Below the pieces are notes generated by a model. It saw only the letters and a program-made list of their open reading frames with translations, did not search any database and was not told the origin of the DNA. A stretch of 64,000 nucleotides of DNA from an uncultured delta proteobacterium (lineage in GTDB: Bacteria > Desulfobacterota > Binatia > UBA9968): contig CAVSLC010000028.1 in NCBI GenBank assembly GCA_963728565.1, forward strand, positions 64,001 to 128,000, written 5' to 3'. Below are positions 41,167 through 51,590 of the stretch, piece by piece. Each line of letters starts with the position of its first letter. The first letter of the stretch is position 1. Position numbers and translations under genes: made by a program.

Positions 41167-41509
41167 ATATCAATAAGCTGCTTATTCCTGTACTTGCGCT
41201 CCTTGATACAGATACATTCGATTTCGTTTTGACACTGCTGTCATTTTGAAAAACCTAACTGTCACAAGTAGGATGGCAAACGCCGGACGCAACTTTACTT
41301 TTGGTATCTTTAAAGAAACCTGATAGCATCTCCATTTTCGATCCGGCTGCGCTCGACCAAGTCTCTGCCCAATTGGAACACCTAAGTGCGGGGACCGGGT
41401 ATGAGTTTTGCGTCGAGATTTCTGTCAATGCTTGACATTGCTCGGGTCGTGAGGCCGAGCGATCGCATCAGTCGAGATTAAACGTTCTCTTATTCGACTC
41501 GAAATTCCA

Positions 41510-42460
41510 ATGGAAAATACTGAAAGTAAATCCCAACTATCAATCCTAATTATTGAAGATCATCCGGACCAGCGAGATCTTCTAGCCATCGTCCTTCAAA
41601 GAGAGGGCTACAAAGTGGTTACCGCCGCTAATGGCGTCGAAGCTCTGGACAAATTGGCGCAGGAGGAAGTTCATATCGCGCTTTCCGACATCATGATGCC
41701 AAAGATGGACGGATTTGAACTAATCAATAGGATCCGGAGCAATTCTGCACTAAGGCACATTTATATCATTCTAATCACTGCTCGCATTCAGGAGGGCGAC
41801 CGTGTACGCGGCCTTGATCTCGGCGCGGACGATTACATAACCAAACCTTTTTCCTTCTCCGAACTGCTGGCGCGAGTGCGTGTCGGCTCCCGAGTTGTCC
41901 AGTATCAACAGCATCTTGAATACCAAACTCAGATCGACTCGCTTACCGGCCTGTTTAATCGCAGAGCTTTCGAGAAGAAGATACTGGAGGAGTTCGAACG
42001 ATCCAAACGCTATGAACATCCATTATCGGTGATAATGCTCGACATCGATAACTTCAAGAAGATCAATGACACTTACGGCCATCACGGCGGAGATGCCGCG
42101 CTGGTGAAGATCTCAGAAATTTTGCGTGACAAAAGCCGCCGTAGTGACTTTCCCTCGCGGTTCGGCGGGGAAGAGTTTGTCCTGGTCCTTCCGGAAACGG
42201 ATCAAGACAGCGCCATCCAGGTAGCAAGGAAATTTCACGACGAGATTAGAACGTGCGCCTTCGGCACCGCCGATAAACCTTTCTCGTTAACCGTGAGCAT
42301 GGGACTCACTTCAAGCAACAAAAAGGCGTATTCAGATTGGCGCCAAATGATTGACGATGCCGACTCCGCTTTATATCAGGCAAAAAATAGCGGCAAGGAC
42401 CGCATCGAGATTTGTTTACCGAACGAGCACCCCAAAGTTCGTCACGCCGCTGCGCATTAA
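41510..42460 (+). CDS. Response regulator diguanylate cyclase (REC-GGDEF)
   Basis: IIED..SDIMMPKMDG..DDYITKPF; RRSD I-site and GGEEF. Confidence 0.95.
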   Translation: MENTESKSQLSILIIEDHPDQRDLLAIVLQREGYKVVTAANGVEALDKLAQEEVHIALSDIMMPKMDGFELINRIRSNSALRHIYIILITARIQEGDRVRGLDLGADDYITKPFSFSELLARVRVGSRVVQYQQHLEYQTQIDSLTGLFNRRAFEKKILEEFERSKRYEHPLSVIMLDIDNFKKINDTYGHHGGDAALVKISEILRDKSRRSDFPSRFGGEEFVLVLPETDQDSAIQVARKFHDEIRTCAFGTADKPFSLTVSMGLTSSNKKAYSDWRQMIDDADSALYQAKNSGKDRIEICLPNEHPKVRHAAAH

Positions 42461-42466
42461 GAGCCG

Positions 42467-43693
42467 ATGCGATCCCGCCATTTACTGACCGTCATTCTTG
42501 TCCTCTCGTGTACTTCAGCCTGGTGGTATTTGCTTGTGCCACAGCCCCAAATTCTTTCCTCGCGCTCGACCGTGAGTCCGCTCTCAGGTGCCCCGCGATT
42601 TAACGCGGGAATAGTGGAAAGACGGTTAGTTCCTCCGTTAAGGGCGGAATTTACCGAAGCCATTGGAACTAATCTTATTTATATTTCCCGACTCGTGAGT
42701 GCCGACAAAGAATTAATCATTTACGCCGGTGCCGCGTTTTTTGGTTTGTTCATGATGGTTCTGGCACTTAAGAATCCGAATCCGGCCCGCCCTCGAACAG
42801 CAGATGCAATGCTTGCCCTGCTAAAAGAGGAGAAGGAGAAGGCCGAGAATCTCGCGCGATTGAAATCAGAATTCCTGAACCAGGTTTCGCACGAATTGCG
42901 TACTCCTCTTGCCGTAATCATTGGGTACATCGAATGCCTCACTGATGGACTATACGGCCAGGTCGAGAATAGACATCATGATATTCTGCAAATCGTCGCA
43001 AAGCAGTCGGCTCATCTGAAAAATATGATAGATCAGATCCTCATCTATTCGCGCCTAGAAGCCAGCAAACAGCCGCTTCGCATCGAAGAATTTAGCCCAA
43101 TGAACGTTCTACTCGATCTGCGGGATACCTTTGACTTTCTTTGCGCTCAAAAGGGTCTGCAACTGAAGTGGGAGCTTCCGCGAACGCCGCCAGCAATGAA
43201 AAATGATCCTCAAAGATTTAAGGAGATCGCTAGTAACCTGTTGCAGAATGCTGTGAAGTATACGGATCAGGGGCTGATTGTTGTGATGCTCCATGACTCC
43301 AAGATGCCGGATACCATTGTATTGGAAGTAAGCGATACGGGTGTCGGGATACCGGCGAACGCGATCAGCAGCGTATTTGACCCGTTCATCCAGGTTCACA
43401 AAACTTCCACTGAACACTCCCGTGGAGGGATAGGATTGGGGCTCAGCATCGTCAAGAAACACATCGAACAAATGAATGGAAAGATTGCTGTCGAAAGCGA
43501 ACTCGGAAAAGGATCTAAATTTAAGATTACCTTTCCTCGGAGCTACCAAAATCGCCGACAACGCAGATTTAAGTTCTTCTCTATGCTGATGCTTCCCTTC
43601 TCAAAAGCGAGCCCCACTGGTTTGTTCTTGCACAACACTTCGGCAAGCATGGGTGAACGGGCAAAAAAAGCACGCGATTTGCCGATCGTTTGA
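42467..43693 (+). CDS. Membrane sensor histidine kinase
   Basis: VSHELRTPL, NLLQNAVKYT, DTGVGI, GGIGLGL; two N-terminal hydrophobic segments. Confidence 0.93.
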   Translation: MRSRHLLTVILVLSCTSAWWYLLVPQPQILSSRSTVSPLSGAPRFNAGIVERRLVPPLRAEFTEAIGTNLIYISRLVSADKELIIYAGAAFFGLFMMVLALKNPNPARPRTADAMLALLKEEKEKAENLARLKSEFLNQVSHELRTPLAVIIGYIECLTDGLYGQVENRHHDILQIVAKQSAHLKNMIDQILIYSRLEASKQPLRIEEFSPMNVLLDLRDTFDFLCAQKGLQLKWELPRTPPAMKNDPQRFKEIASNLLQNAVKYTDQGLIVVMLHDSKMPDTIVLEVSDTGVGIPANAISSVFDPFIQVHKTSTEHSRGGIGLGLSIVKKHIEQMNGKIAVESELGKGSKFKITFPRSYQNRRQRRFKFFSMLMLPFSKASPTGLFLHNTSASMGERAKKARDLPIV

Positions 43694-43784
43694 TGCTGCC
43701 CACGCTGATAAGCCAACAGCGAGAGCGACCGTTTTCATCACGCTGTCTCCTTGTGCTTTCAATCCAAAGGATGACTGTGCTTCC

Positions 43785-45305
43785 GTGAAACAATGGAACT
43801 TGCTGCCATCCCCGGCAGAAATAATCTTTATTTCGATTTTCTTGAGGCTCGTATTCAACCCCGGGATATTGCTAAGTGACGGCGATACCGGCTATCACAT
43901 ACGAGCGGGTGAATTTATTCTACAGACTTATCGTATTCCAAAAACCGACATTTTCTCTCTCTGGATGCCCCCCCTTAGATGGACGGCTCATGAGTGGTTA
44001 TCTGAAGTACTTATGGCACTAGTCCACCAACATACCGGGCTCATAGGAGTTGTTGTTCTTTTTTCGTTAACCATAGCGACGACGCATGTCCTTCTATTTA
44101 AGATGTTGCGCGGCCATAGTGAAGACGCTCTGATGCCACTACTCCTTACACTCGTGGCCGCGACTACATCTTCCATACATTGGCTCGGTCGACCTCACAT
44201 CTTTTCTCTTATGTTAACAGTGATTTGGTATTCCGTACTAAATCGATTTTACTATCTGGGTAAGAACCAGCTCTTTGTCCTACCGCTTCTTATGCTCTTA
44301 TGGGTGAATTTGCATGGCGGGTACATCTTTGGGTTGATACTCCTCCTAGTCTACGTTTTGGGAGATCTGGCAGGTTCATACTTCAATCAAAGACACCAAG
44401 CGCAGGAACATTCTTACAAACTAAAATCTATTGTGGCAATTTTCGCAGCGTGCCTGTTGGCGTCATTGTGCAATCCGCAAGGCTATCGCATCCTCATTTT
44501 TCCATTTGCCGTGGCATCTGAACCGTTCCTAATGGATAATGTTCGGGAGTTTCTGTCACCGAATTTTCACGAGCCGATAGCATTTAAATATTTACTATTA
44601 TCAACCATTGCTTTGTTCGCCTTTTCACGCTTCGCTTTGAATTGGATCGAAGTTGGACTCGTTATTCTAACCACGTATATGGCGCTGTACTCAGCGAGAT
44701 ATATACCGCTTTACGCAATCGTAACCGCGCCTATTTTATTTCGACTTTTAAATCGCCTAAAGCACGACCTTCCACTAAATGCCATGAAGTGGCTAGATCG
44801 CCGTTCGGAGACTTTTAGATTGATCGATCGAGGAAGCATGGGTTTCCTCTGGCTAACTGCAACGATCCTCGTTGTGCTCACACTCGGAGGCAGGAGCAGA
44901 CTTCATGCGGACTTTGACGATAAACGTTTTCCGACAAAAGCTGTGGACTTTATATTGGCTGAAGATATTTCCGGCAATATTTTCAACAACGAGGAGTTCG
45001 GAGATTACATAATTTACAAGGCTTGGCCTAAGTACAGGGTATTCTTCGACGGCCGATCTGATATGTATGGTGGGATCTTAGGAAGTGAATATCTTAAAGT
45101 AGCACGCACGCTTCCTGGATGGCAAGATGTACTCAAAAACCGCCAAGTGAATTGGGTATTTTTTAATACTCACTCCACGCTTTCATCGGTGCTCAGCGCG
45201 AATCCTGATTGGCGATTAATATACTCAGATCCAGTCGCAAGAATTTTTGTCCGCGATAAACCCGAATATCAACATCTTATTGCCAAGTACAATCCTAAAT
45301 TGTGA
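43785..45305 (+). CDS. Polytopic membrane protein, probable GT-C-fold glycosyltransferase
   Basis: DGDTGYH in first loop, WTAHEWL, RPH, LWVNLHGG, NP.G, FFDGRSDMYG; many TM segments plus C-terminal soluble domain; start uncertain. Confidence 0.65.
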   Translation: MKQWNLLPSPAEIIFISIFLRLVFNPGILLSDGDTGYHIRAGEFILQTYRIPKTDIFSLWMPPLRWTAHEWLSEVLMALVHQHTGLIGVVVLFSLTIATTHVLLFKMLRGHSEDALMPLLLTLVAATTSSIHWLGRPHIFSLMLTVIWYSVLNRFYYLGKNQLFVLPLLMLLWVNLHGGYIFGLILLLVYVLGDLAGSYFNQRHQAQEHSYKLKSIVAIFAACLLASLCNPQGYRILIFPFAVASEPFLMDNVREFLSPNFHEPIAFKYLLLSTIALFAFSRFALNWIEVGLVILTTYMALYSARYIPLYAIVTAPILFRLLNRLKHDLPLNAMKWLDRRSETFRLIDRGSMGFLWLTATILVVLTLGGRSRLHADFDDKRFPTKAVDFILAEDISGNIFNNEEFGDYIIYKAWPKYRVFFDGRSDMYGGILGSEYLKVARTLPGWQDVLKNRQVNWVFFNTHSTLSSVLSANPDWRLIYSDPVARIFVRDKPEYQHLIAKYNPKL

Positions 45306-45605
45306 GTCCCTGTATATCGAGGGTGCACAGGCTATTCGACGAAACCTATTACGATTTGACCGTCGATAGTAAGATAGTCAAGAACTTCAAATACACTATC
45401 AAACGATTAGGGTGATTACATTTTTGTCCGGAGTGCCACAGATTGTTCTGAGTCGCTAGATGACCTCTGACGCTTAACATTGCAACTCGACAGTACCAGC
45501 GAGATTAGAGGTGCGAAGTTGGTTGTTCGTATGACATATAGGTAAAACAGGATAGTGCCCCAACAAGACCTCGATATGGAACCTTTGTCTATAGGTGTAA
45601 CAATA

Positions 45606-45621
45606 TGGCATGCGCCTTGCG
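45606..45621 (+). promoter_or_regulatory. Putative sigma54 promoter
   Basis: TGGCATGCGCCTTGCG, near-consensus -24/-12, about 90 nt upstream of the EAL gene. Confidence 0.7.
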
Positions 45622-45711
45622 TTTAGCAAAATATGATTAGCCGTCGACTGTATACATCCACACCAATCGCTGAAATGTTACCTGCAGATAGCTAGCCGCA
45701 AGAGATCAATC

Positions 45712-47082
45712 ATGACTCAAAACATAAGCGATCTATCTGCCGATGCTGTATTTCAGCTACGGCTACAACAGGCAATATTGGTTGCGCAGCATACCGTCAA
45801 GCACGTGGGTTTATTACTCGTCGGATTCGATTGTCCAGACCATTCCACATCCGATCTCATGCGAATGCCAAATTTTTCGGACTTAGTTTGGGGTCGACTG
45901 AGGAACACTCTGAGGGATTCTGATACTGTAGTGTGCCGGGAAAGTGGCGAAATGGCAGTACTGCTGCCCTCTGTAAATAGTCCCGATGACGTCGTTGTTG
46001 TCGCCAAAAAACTTCTCGGCAGTTTACATGAACCTATATCCATAGAGGGCCTAAAGACCGATATCCGACCGCGGGTGGGAATCTCATTGTTTCCCGAGCA
46101 TGCGTCCAATGCCGTGACGTTGATGCAACGCGCGGAAAACGCCTTAGACTTCGGCCGGCGGAATAAAAATAGCTACACGCTGTACTCTCACGTAGGCGGC
46201 ACTGTTAAACGAAGCACTCTGAGCATGGGCCAACTGAGGCAAGCCATCGTTGCCGATCAACTTTTTTTGCTTTACCAACCTAAAATCAGTTTTAAGGAGC
46301 AGTACGTCTCGGGTCTGGAAGTACTTACGCGGTGGCAACAGCCTGATCTGGGACTCATCTCGCCCGACGAATTCATACCGGTCGCTGAACGTACCGGTCT
46401 AATTATTCCGCTGACCCTCTGGGTTCTGAAACAGTCGCTCCTCCAATGCCGCACTTGGCGCGAAATCGGAATCGACATTGGCGTTGCTGTAAATCTTTCA
46501 ATGTGGAATTTAGATGCGCAGGAGCTGCCCTCTCAAATCAGTAGCCTGCTCGAAAATACCGGGATCTCGGCGGATCGTTTAGAACTCGAGATAACGGAGA
46601 GCGCGATCATGAGCGATCCCCAACGCGCTATTCGGACTCTCTCTCTGATTCGCGATTTAGGCGTTCGATTTGCGATCGATGATTTCGGGACGGGCTACTC
46701 CTCACTCGCATATCTGAAGAAACTTCCCGTTAGTAGTATCAAAATAGATAAGTCATTCGTGCGAAACATGGAGCACGATCGAGACAATGCGATCATTGTG
46801 CGATCGATTATCGATTTGGGTCACAATCTGGGGCTTAAGGTTGTAGCTGAAGGCGTCGAAACGCAGGAAGCGCAAGATATGCTCCGGAGTTTCGATTGCG
46901 ACGAAATGCAAGGATACTACTACAGCCGTCCAATACCGGCGGATGCAGTCACTAAATATCTCAAAACGCCACCCTCTCAATCTATACAGCCATCAACTGT
47001 GGACGATCGGAGTTCCGCGGGAGCTCCACTATCGATCAAACGGAATGTCATTGACAATCCGAAATCACAACGCCTGCCATAA
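45712..47082 (+). CDS. Degenerate GGDEF + EAL c-di-GMP phosphodiesterase
   Basis: LRDSDTVVCRESGEMA replaces GGDEF; EVL, VAVNLS, LEITES, DDFGTGYSS, KIDKSF and EGVE intact. Confidence 0.93.
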   Translation: MTQNISDLSADAVFQLRLQQAILVAQHTVKHVGLLLVGFDCPDHSTSDLMRMPNFSDLVWGRLRNTLRDSDTVVCRESGEMAVLLPSVNSPDDVVVVAKKLLGSLHEPISIEGLKTDIRPRVGISLFPEHASNAVTLMQRAENALDFGRRNKNSYTLYSHVGGTVKRSTLSMGQLRQAIVADQLFLLYQPKISFKEQYVSGLEVLTRWQQPDLGLISPDEFIPVAERTGLIIPLTLWVLKQSLLQCRTWREIGIDIGVAVNLSMWNLDAQELPSQISSLLENTGISADRLELEITESAIMSDPQRAIRTLSLIRDLGVRFAIDDFGTGYSSLAYLKKLPVSSIKIDKSFVRNMEHDRDNAIIVRSIIDLGHNLGLKVVAEGVETQEAQDMLRSFDCDEMQGYYYSRPIPADAVTKYLKTPPSQSIQPSTVDDRSSAGAPLSIKRNVIDNPKSQRLP

Positions 47083-47187
47083 ATTTCTAAACTGCTCCTG
47101 ATACCTGGCAGATCGTCAATCAAGCCTGACACTTGTGGTAAGCTCCCATAACCCAATCCGGCCGATTTTGCTCACGATGTTTTAGCG

Positions 47188-48159
47188 TCACTTAGCCGCC
47201 TTACGTTTTTTAAGCTCGTCCATCAACTGCGGAATGACTTTGAAAACATCGCCGACTACACCGAAATCCGAATACTGAAAAATTGGTGCATCCGCATCCT
47301 TATTAATTGAGATGATCGTCTTGGAAGTCTTCATTCCGGACAGATGCTGCACGGCTCCGGAAATTCCACAGGCTATGTACAAATCTGGTTTGACTGTTTT
47401 GCCTGTCTGGCCGACTTGCATGGAGTAAGGAACCCATCCTGCGTCGACTGCAGCTCGGGTCGCACCTACGGCACCATCGAGAAGTTCGGCTAAATCTTTC
47501 AAAATCGCAAAATTCTCCTCACCTTTAAGGCCACGCCCGCCAGAGACTATAATTTTCGCGCCGTCGAGCTGCGGACCCTCGCGTTTGACCGTTACTCGCT
47601 CCTTCACTCGAAGCTTACGTAAGTGATCGCCAGACGCAACCGGGACTTGTTCGATAGCGAGCGCTTGCTCATTGATTCTCGGCTCGAACGATTTAGGACG
47701 TACCAGGAGAAGTTTGGTTCCATCATTAGTCAAGGTACTGGTATTTTGGTAGCTAGCGCCGAGAGCGGGAATTGTGGCTTCCACGCTGCTGCCTTTTAGC
47801 TCAAAATCTCCGACATCACTGATGGCACCGCAACCGAATCTGGCGCTCAAACTCGCGACTAAATCACGTCCGCTGTAACTCGACGCGAATAACATCACCG
47901 CTGGCTTATATGTGTCAATCAGTCTGGCAACCGTTTCCGCTGCAGGCAACGTGAGGTATTCGCCATAGATCGGATCAGCGCAACGATATATTTTGCTTGC
48001 TCCATACTTCGCAAGTGTTTCGACAGCTTCTTCAGGAGCAGGGCCCAAGAGCACGGCCTCCGCTTTAGCAACGGCCGCTGCTTTGGCAAGCATTTCCAAG
48101 CTTGTCGCCGTGATTCTATCGTCACTTACTTCCGCATACACCCAAATAACGTCTGCCAC
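47188..48159 (-). CDS. etfA: Electron transfer flavoprotein alpha subunit
   Basis: SGGRG, GATRAAVDAGW, QVGQTGK, GISGAVQHLSGM. Confidence 0.96.
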   Translation of the reverse strand: MADVIWVYAEVSDDRITATSLEMLAKAAAVAKAEAVLLGPAPEEAVETLAKYGASKIYRCADPIYGEYLTLPAAETVARLIDTYKPAVMLFASSYSGRDLVASLSARFGCGAISDVGDFELKGSSVEATIPALGASYQNTSTLTNDGTKLLLVRPKSFEPRINEQALAIEQVPVASGDHLRKLRVKERVTVKREGPQLDGAKIIVSGGRGLKGEENFAILKDLAELLDGAVGATRAAVDAGWVPYSMQVGQTGKTVKPDLYIACGISGAVQHLSGMKTSKTIISINKDADAPIFQYSDFGVVGDVFKVIPQLMDELKKRKAAK

Positions 48160-48160
48160 T

Positions 48161-48940
48161 TTAGATCACCTTGATTTCAGCAAGAAACTCTGCGATCTGC
48201 TTGCCGCCTTCCCCTTCATCGATGACGACTTTTCCAGCCTGGCGCTTCGGCGGGCGCCCAACAGTCAAGACTTTTTCTCTCGCACCCTTCTCTCCGACTT
48301 GATCAGGCGGCAGCCCTAAATCAGCCGCCGTATAAATCTTTATCTCTTTCTTTTTGGCTGCCATAATCCCTTTGAGTTGCGGGTACCGTGGTTCATTAAT
48401 GCCGCTGCTAACCGCTACAAGAGCCGGCAATTTGGATTCAACCAGATCATAACCGCTCTCACTTTGACGCTTGATGGCGATACGATCGTCGTCAATGAGA
48501 ATTTCTTTCGCGAATGTCATCGGCGGAACTCCCAGCAAATGGGCAATTTGACCGGGAACTATGCCGGAATAGCTATCGCTGCTTTCCGTGGCGCAGATAA
48601 CCAAATCGAACGGTTGTTTTTTGATAGCCGCGGCAAGAATCTTTGCGGTACCGAGTGTATCCGAACCGGCAACCGCATCATCTAAGATGTGCACTGCCGA
48701 AGTCACACCCATGGCCAAGGCGTTACGTATTCCAATCGTGGCATCGCTAATGCCCATGGTCACCAGCGTTACTATACCACTGTGTTTTTCGGTCAACCGA
48801 AGGGCTTCCTCAACTGCACTTGCCGCCGCAGGATCCAACTCGTGCGGCACACCCTTGCGCACCATTCGTCTCGTGTTCGGATCAATTTCAATGGTTACCG
48901 AGCTGGCCGGAATAACCTTACCACAGACAACAATATTCAA
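48161..48940 (-). CDS. etfB: Electron transfer flavoprotein beta subunit
   Basis: MNIVVCGKVIP, ALAMG, GSDTLGTA, INEPRYP. Confidence 0.95.
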   Translation of the reverse strand: MNIVVCGKVIPASSVTIEIDPNTRRMVRKGVPHELDPAAASAVEEALRLTEKHSGIVTLVTMGISDATIGIRNALAMGVTSAVHILDDAVAGSDTLGTAKILAAAIKKQPFDLVICATESSDSYSGIVPGQIAHLLGVPPMTFAKEILIDDDRIAIKRQSESGYDLVESKLPALVAVSSGINEPRYPQLKGIMAAKKKEIKIYTAADLGLPPDQVGEKGAREKVLTVGRPPKRQAGKVVIDEGEGGKQIAEFLAEIKVI

Positions 48941-48976
48941 TGTTCACGTTCTCCTAAACTATCGGAGAGATGATAG

Positions 48977-49011
48977 ACAAAGGCGCCTAACTGATGGATA
49001 GGCGCCTTTGT
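48977..49011. terminator. Perfect 13-bp hairpin between the small ORF and etfB
   Basis: ACAAAGGCGCCTA (48977-48989) / TAGGCGCCTTTGT (48999-49011). Confidence 0.7.
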
Positions 49012-49041
49012 AACCTAATCTCGGTACTCTCAGTTAGGAAG

Positions 49042-49233
49042 TTAAGACACCCACTCCTTCACATTACCCTCAAGAACGACATCCAAAATCTCTTTACAAT
49101 CGGCGATTGCCTGATCGACGATTTTTGGATCGTCTTTGAGATGGGGCATTGCCGTTCCGACTGCTTTTTGGAGGGCCTGGATAAACTCTTTGAATTGCTG
49201 ATCTAGTGCCTCAGTATTTGGAGCTTGCTGCAT
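49042..49233 (-). CDS. Small helical hypothetical protein (63 aa)
   Basis: GAGGG RBS, 13 bp downstream of the PaaA-like gene, amphipathic composition. Confidence 0.7.
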   Translation of the reverse strand: MQQAPNTEALDQQFKEFIQALQKAVGTAMPHLKDDPKIVDQAIADCKEILDVVLEGNVKEWVS

Positions 49234-49246
49234 ATTTCCCTCTAGC

Positions 49247-49969
49247 CTACGTGTAAAGACGTCCCTTATTAGGATCCGGGATGGTTAGATTCATCTTAGT
49301 AAGAAGACCGTCGACCTCGTCTTTATATTGCTGACGGGCTACCGCATTCGGCCGCCTCTTCAACCCCCACTGCATGTAACGCTCAGATCGATAGGACTTG
49401 CTGTTACCAAACATATCCAGTCCTTTGACGTACCAGTAGTCCACCGCTTTCTGAATTCGTTCTTTCGCTTCCCCACCTTTGGCCGCGTACTCAGCAGTTT
49501 TATTTGTCCCGAAATCTATGTGCCCCTCTTCTTCACGAATTACATCCGGATCCTCAACAATCCGCGCCAGCGGTAAATAGGTGCATCCGATAAATTCCTC
49601 AAGTTGGAAACGACCAACTCGATCAATCAAAAATCCAAACACAGCATAATCTTCCCACGTATCAATGGAACCCCGGAATGCTTCGACATATCGCTCCTGG
49701 TTGGAACGGCTCAAAACGTACGATACGTCGAGGCCAATATCCCCCGCTAGCCGGGCCATCTTTCTGTAGTGATCCATCTCCTCAGCAGCCGTGCGCGCGA
49801 CTATAAGCTGATCCAGTTTGGTTGGAGCTGACGGTAAAATATTCCTAATATAAAGATTCGGGCCACCAATCTCACAGTCGGCCTGAATCGCAAGGACCCG
49901 TTTAAGTAAGTCCTGATACTCCGGATCTTGTTTCTCAAAGTCTTCGAGATCAACCTTCTCTGTAAACAT
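49247..49969 (-). CDS. PaaA/PaaC-family ferritin-like diiron protein
   Basis: QADCE, APT, EEMDH, LIDRVG, EEEGH, GLDMFG, WGLKRRPN. Confidence 0.85.
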   Translation of the reverse strand: MFTEKVDLEDFEKQDPEYQDLLKRVLAIQADCEIGGPNLYIRNILPSAPTKLDQLIVARTAAEEMDHYRKMARLAGDIGLDVSYVLSRSNQERYVEAFRGSIDTWEDYAVFGFLIDRVGRFQLEEFIGCTYLPLARIVEDPDVIREEEGHIDFGTNKTAEYAAKGGEAKERIQKAVDYWYVKGLDMFGNSKSYRSERYMQWGLKRRPNAVARQQYKDEVDGLLTKMNLTIPDPNKGRLYT

Positions 49970-50129
49970 GCTATGGGGCCTCCTGTGACTCGCTAATTAT
50001 GCGCAATTATTATAAAAATCATTAACAAAACAGTCCGGACAAATCAATAAGCGCCGACGCTTCAGACGCAAAATCCGGCTGTTTCGTCGTCTCGAAATCA
50101 GTCAGCAGGAGAACGACTTGTGGTGTCTC

Positions 50130-51434
50130 ATGAACTACTGGCGCTATTGAAGGATCTCTATCAATTGACGATGGCAAGCTGATTTCGACGATCACAAAAC
50201 GGAGCGAGCTACTTTCAGTTTTTTTATCGAATATTATCCGCTAAACACAGGGTTTTTCGTTTCTGCAGGCCCGCATGACGTTGTCAAATTTTAGAGGACT
50301 TTACACTGGTAGCCCTAGATTATCTCTCAATGGAGAATCTCTTTACGTATGACTTTTGAAGCCATGGAGAGATTACGTTTCACTGGAGACGTTTGGACAC
50401 TACCGGAAGGCCGAGTGTTCTTCAAAGACGAACCCAGTTTCGTAGCTACTGCCCCATTATTGAAGCTCAGTTGGTCGAGACGTTTATCATCAACCAAATC
50501 AACCGACAGTCGCTCATTGCCACGAAGGCAGCTAAGTGTGTTCATACCGCAGGCAAGCGGCCGTTGTGGATTTCGCTTTACGCCGACCCCATGGAATCGA
50601 TGCCGCGACGAAAGTCCCCCGATCGAGTATCTTGCCGGCTTTGCCGGCACCAGCAATGTGTTGGCGGGCAAGACATATGAAATACCGACCGTCGAACATG
50701 GCCCATTCTTTCGTCAGCAGCTTCGGAGATGAAATATAGATTCCTTTCGGAGTTAGCGGCAAGCTTTCCCGAAGCCGCAACTCTATTGATCGATACCTAA
50801 GACACAATTGCCGGCCCGCGCAATGCGGTCAAAGTCGCCAAAGAGATGGCTGCCCGTGCTCAGCGCCTGAAAGGCGTCCGTATAGATAGCGGCGATCTTG
50901 CAGGGCTGGCAATCAAGTTGGCTAAAATTCTTGACGACGCTGAATTTCCCGACATTAAAATATCGGAAGCGGCGGCTTGGATGAATACGATCGCACCGAG
51001 CTCTCCGGAGCGCGACTTGCTTTCGACAGCTACGGGGTGGGAACCAAGATGGGCACCTCGAGCCATGCGCAATGATCAGATATGCCTACAAACTTGTTGA
51101 ATATGGCGACAAGCCGGTTTTGAAGACAAGCCCCGGTAAGATTTCCTGGCCGGGCGCTAAACAACTATTTCGGTAAAGAAGCAATCAAGGACAATTAGAA
51201 ACAGGACACCATTGGATTGCGCGATGACCGTATCGCCGGCACGGAAGCGCTGGTGGGAAAGACGGCAAGACACTTGGAAGCCTCCCTACATTAGCCCAGA
51301 GCCGAGCCGGTTTAGCTAACGAGCTCGGGCATCTTTCCGATTTGACAACGGCAATCCGCAACAGTTCTTTATCCGTCGAGTTCAGTCCTGCACTCGTCCG
51401 GTTGCGTGAAGAGACTGAGCGAAAGCCCGATTAA
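50130..51434 (+). pseudogene. pncB: Nicotinate phosphoribosyltransferase, heavily degraded
   Basis: Fragments DLYQLTMA, VVDFALRR, GFAGTSNVLAG, MAHSFV, GVRIDSGDL, GVGTKMG, YKLVEY across many frames with stops. Confidence 0.85.
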
Positions 51435-51590
51435 GCCTTAACCGTGTCTGACCCTTCTCACTAGCTTGGAGACGTCAGAACTCCTCTAGAGACTCAGCTC
51501 CAAATGAACGATTGGACGGGTAAATAGTTAATAGTTGTGTAGATGAAAAGGGTAGCGCTTAATTGAAATTGTTAGAAGATGTTTAACGAG

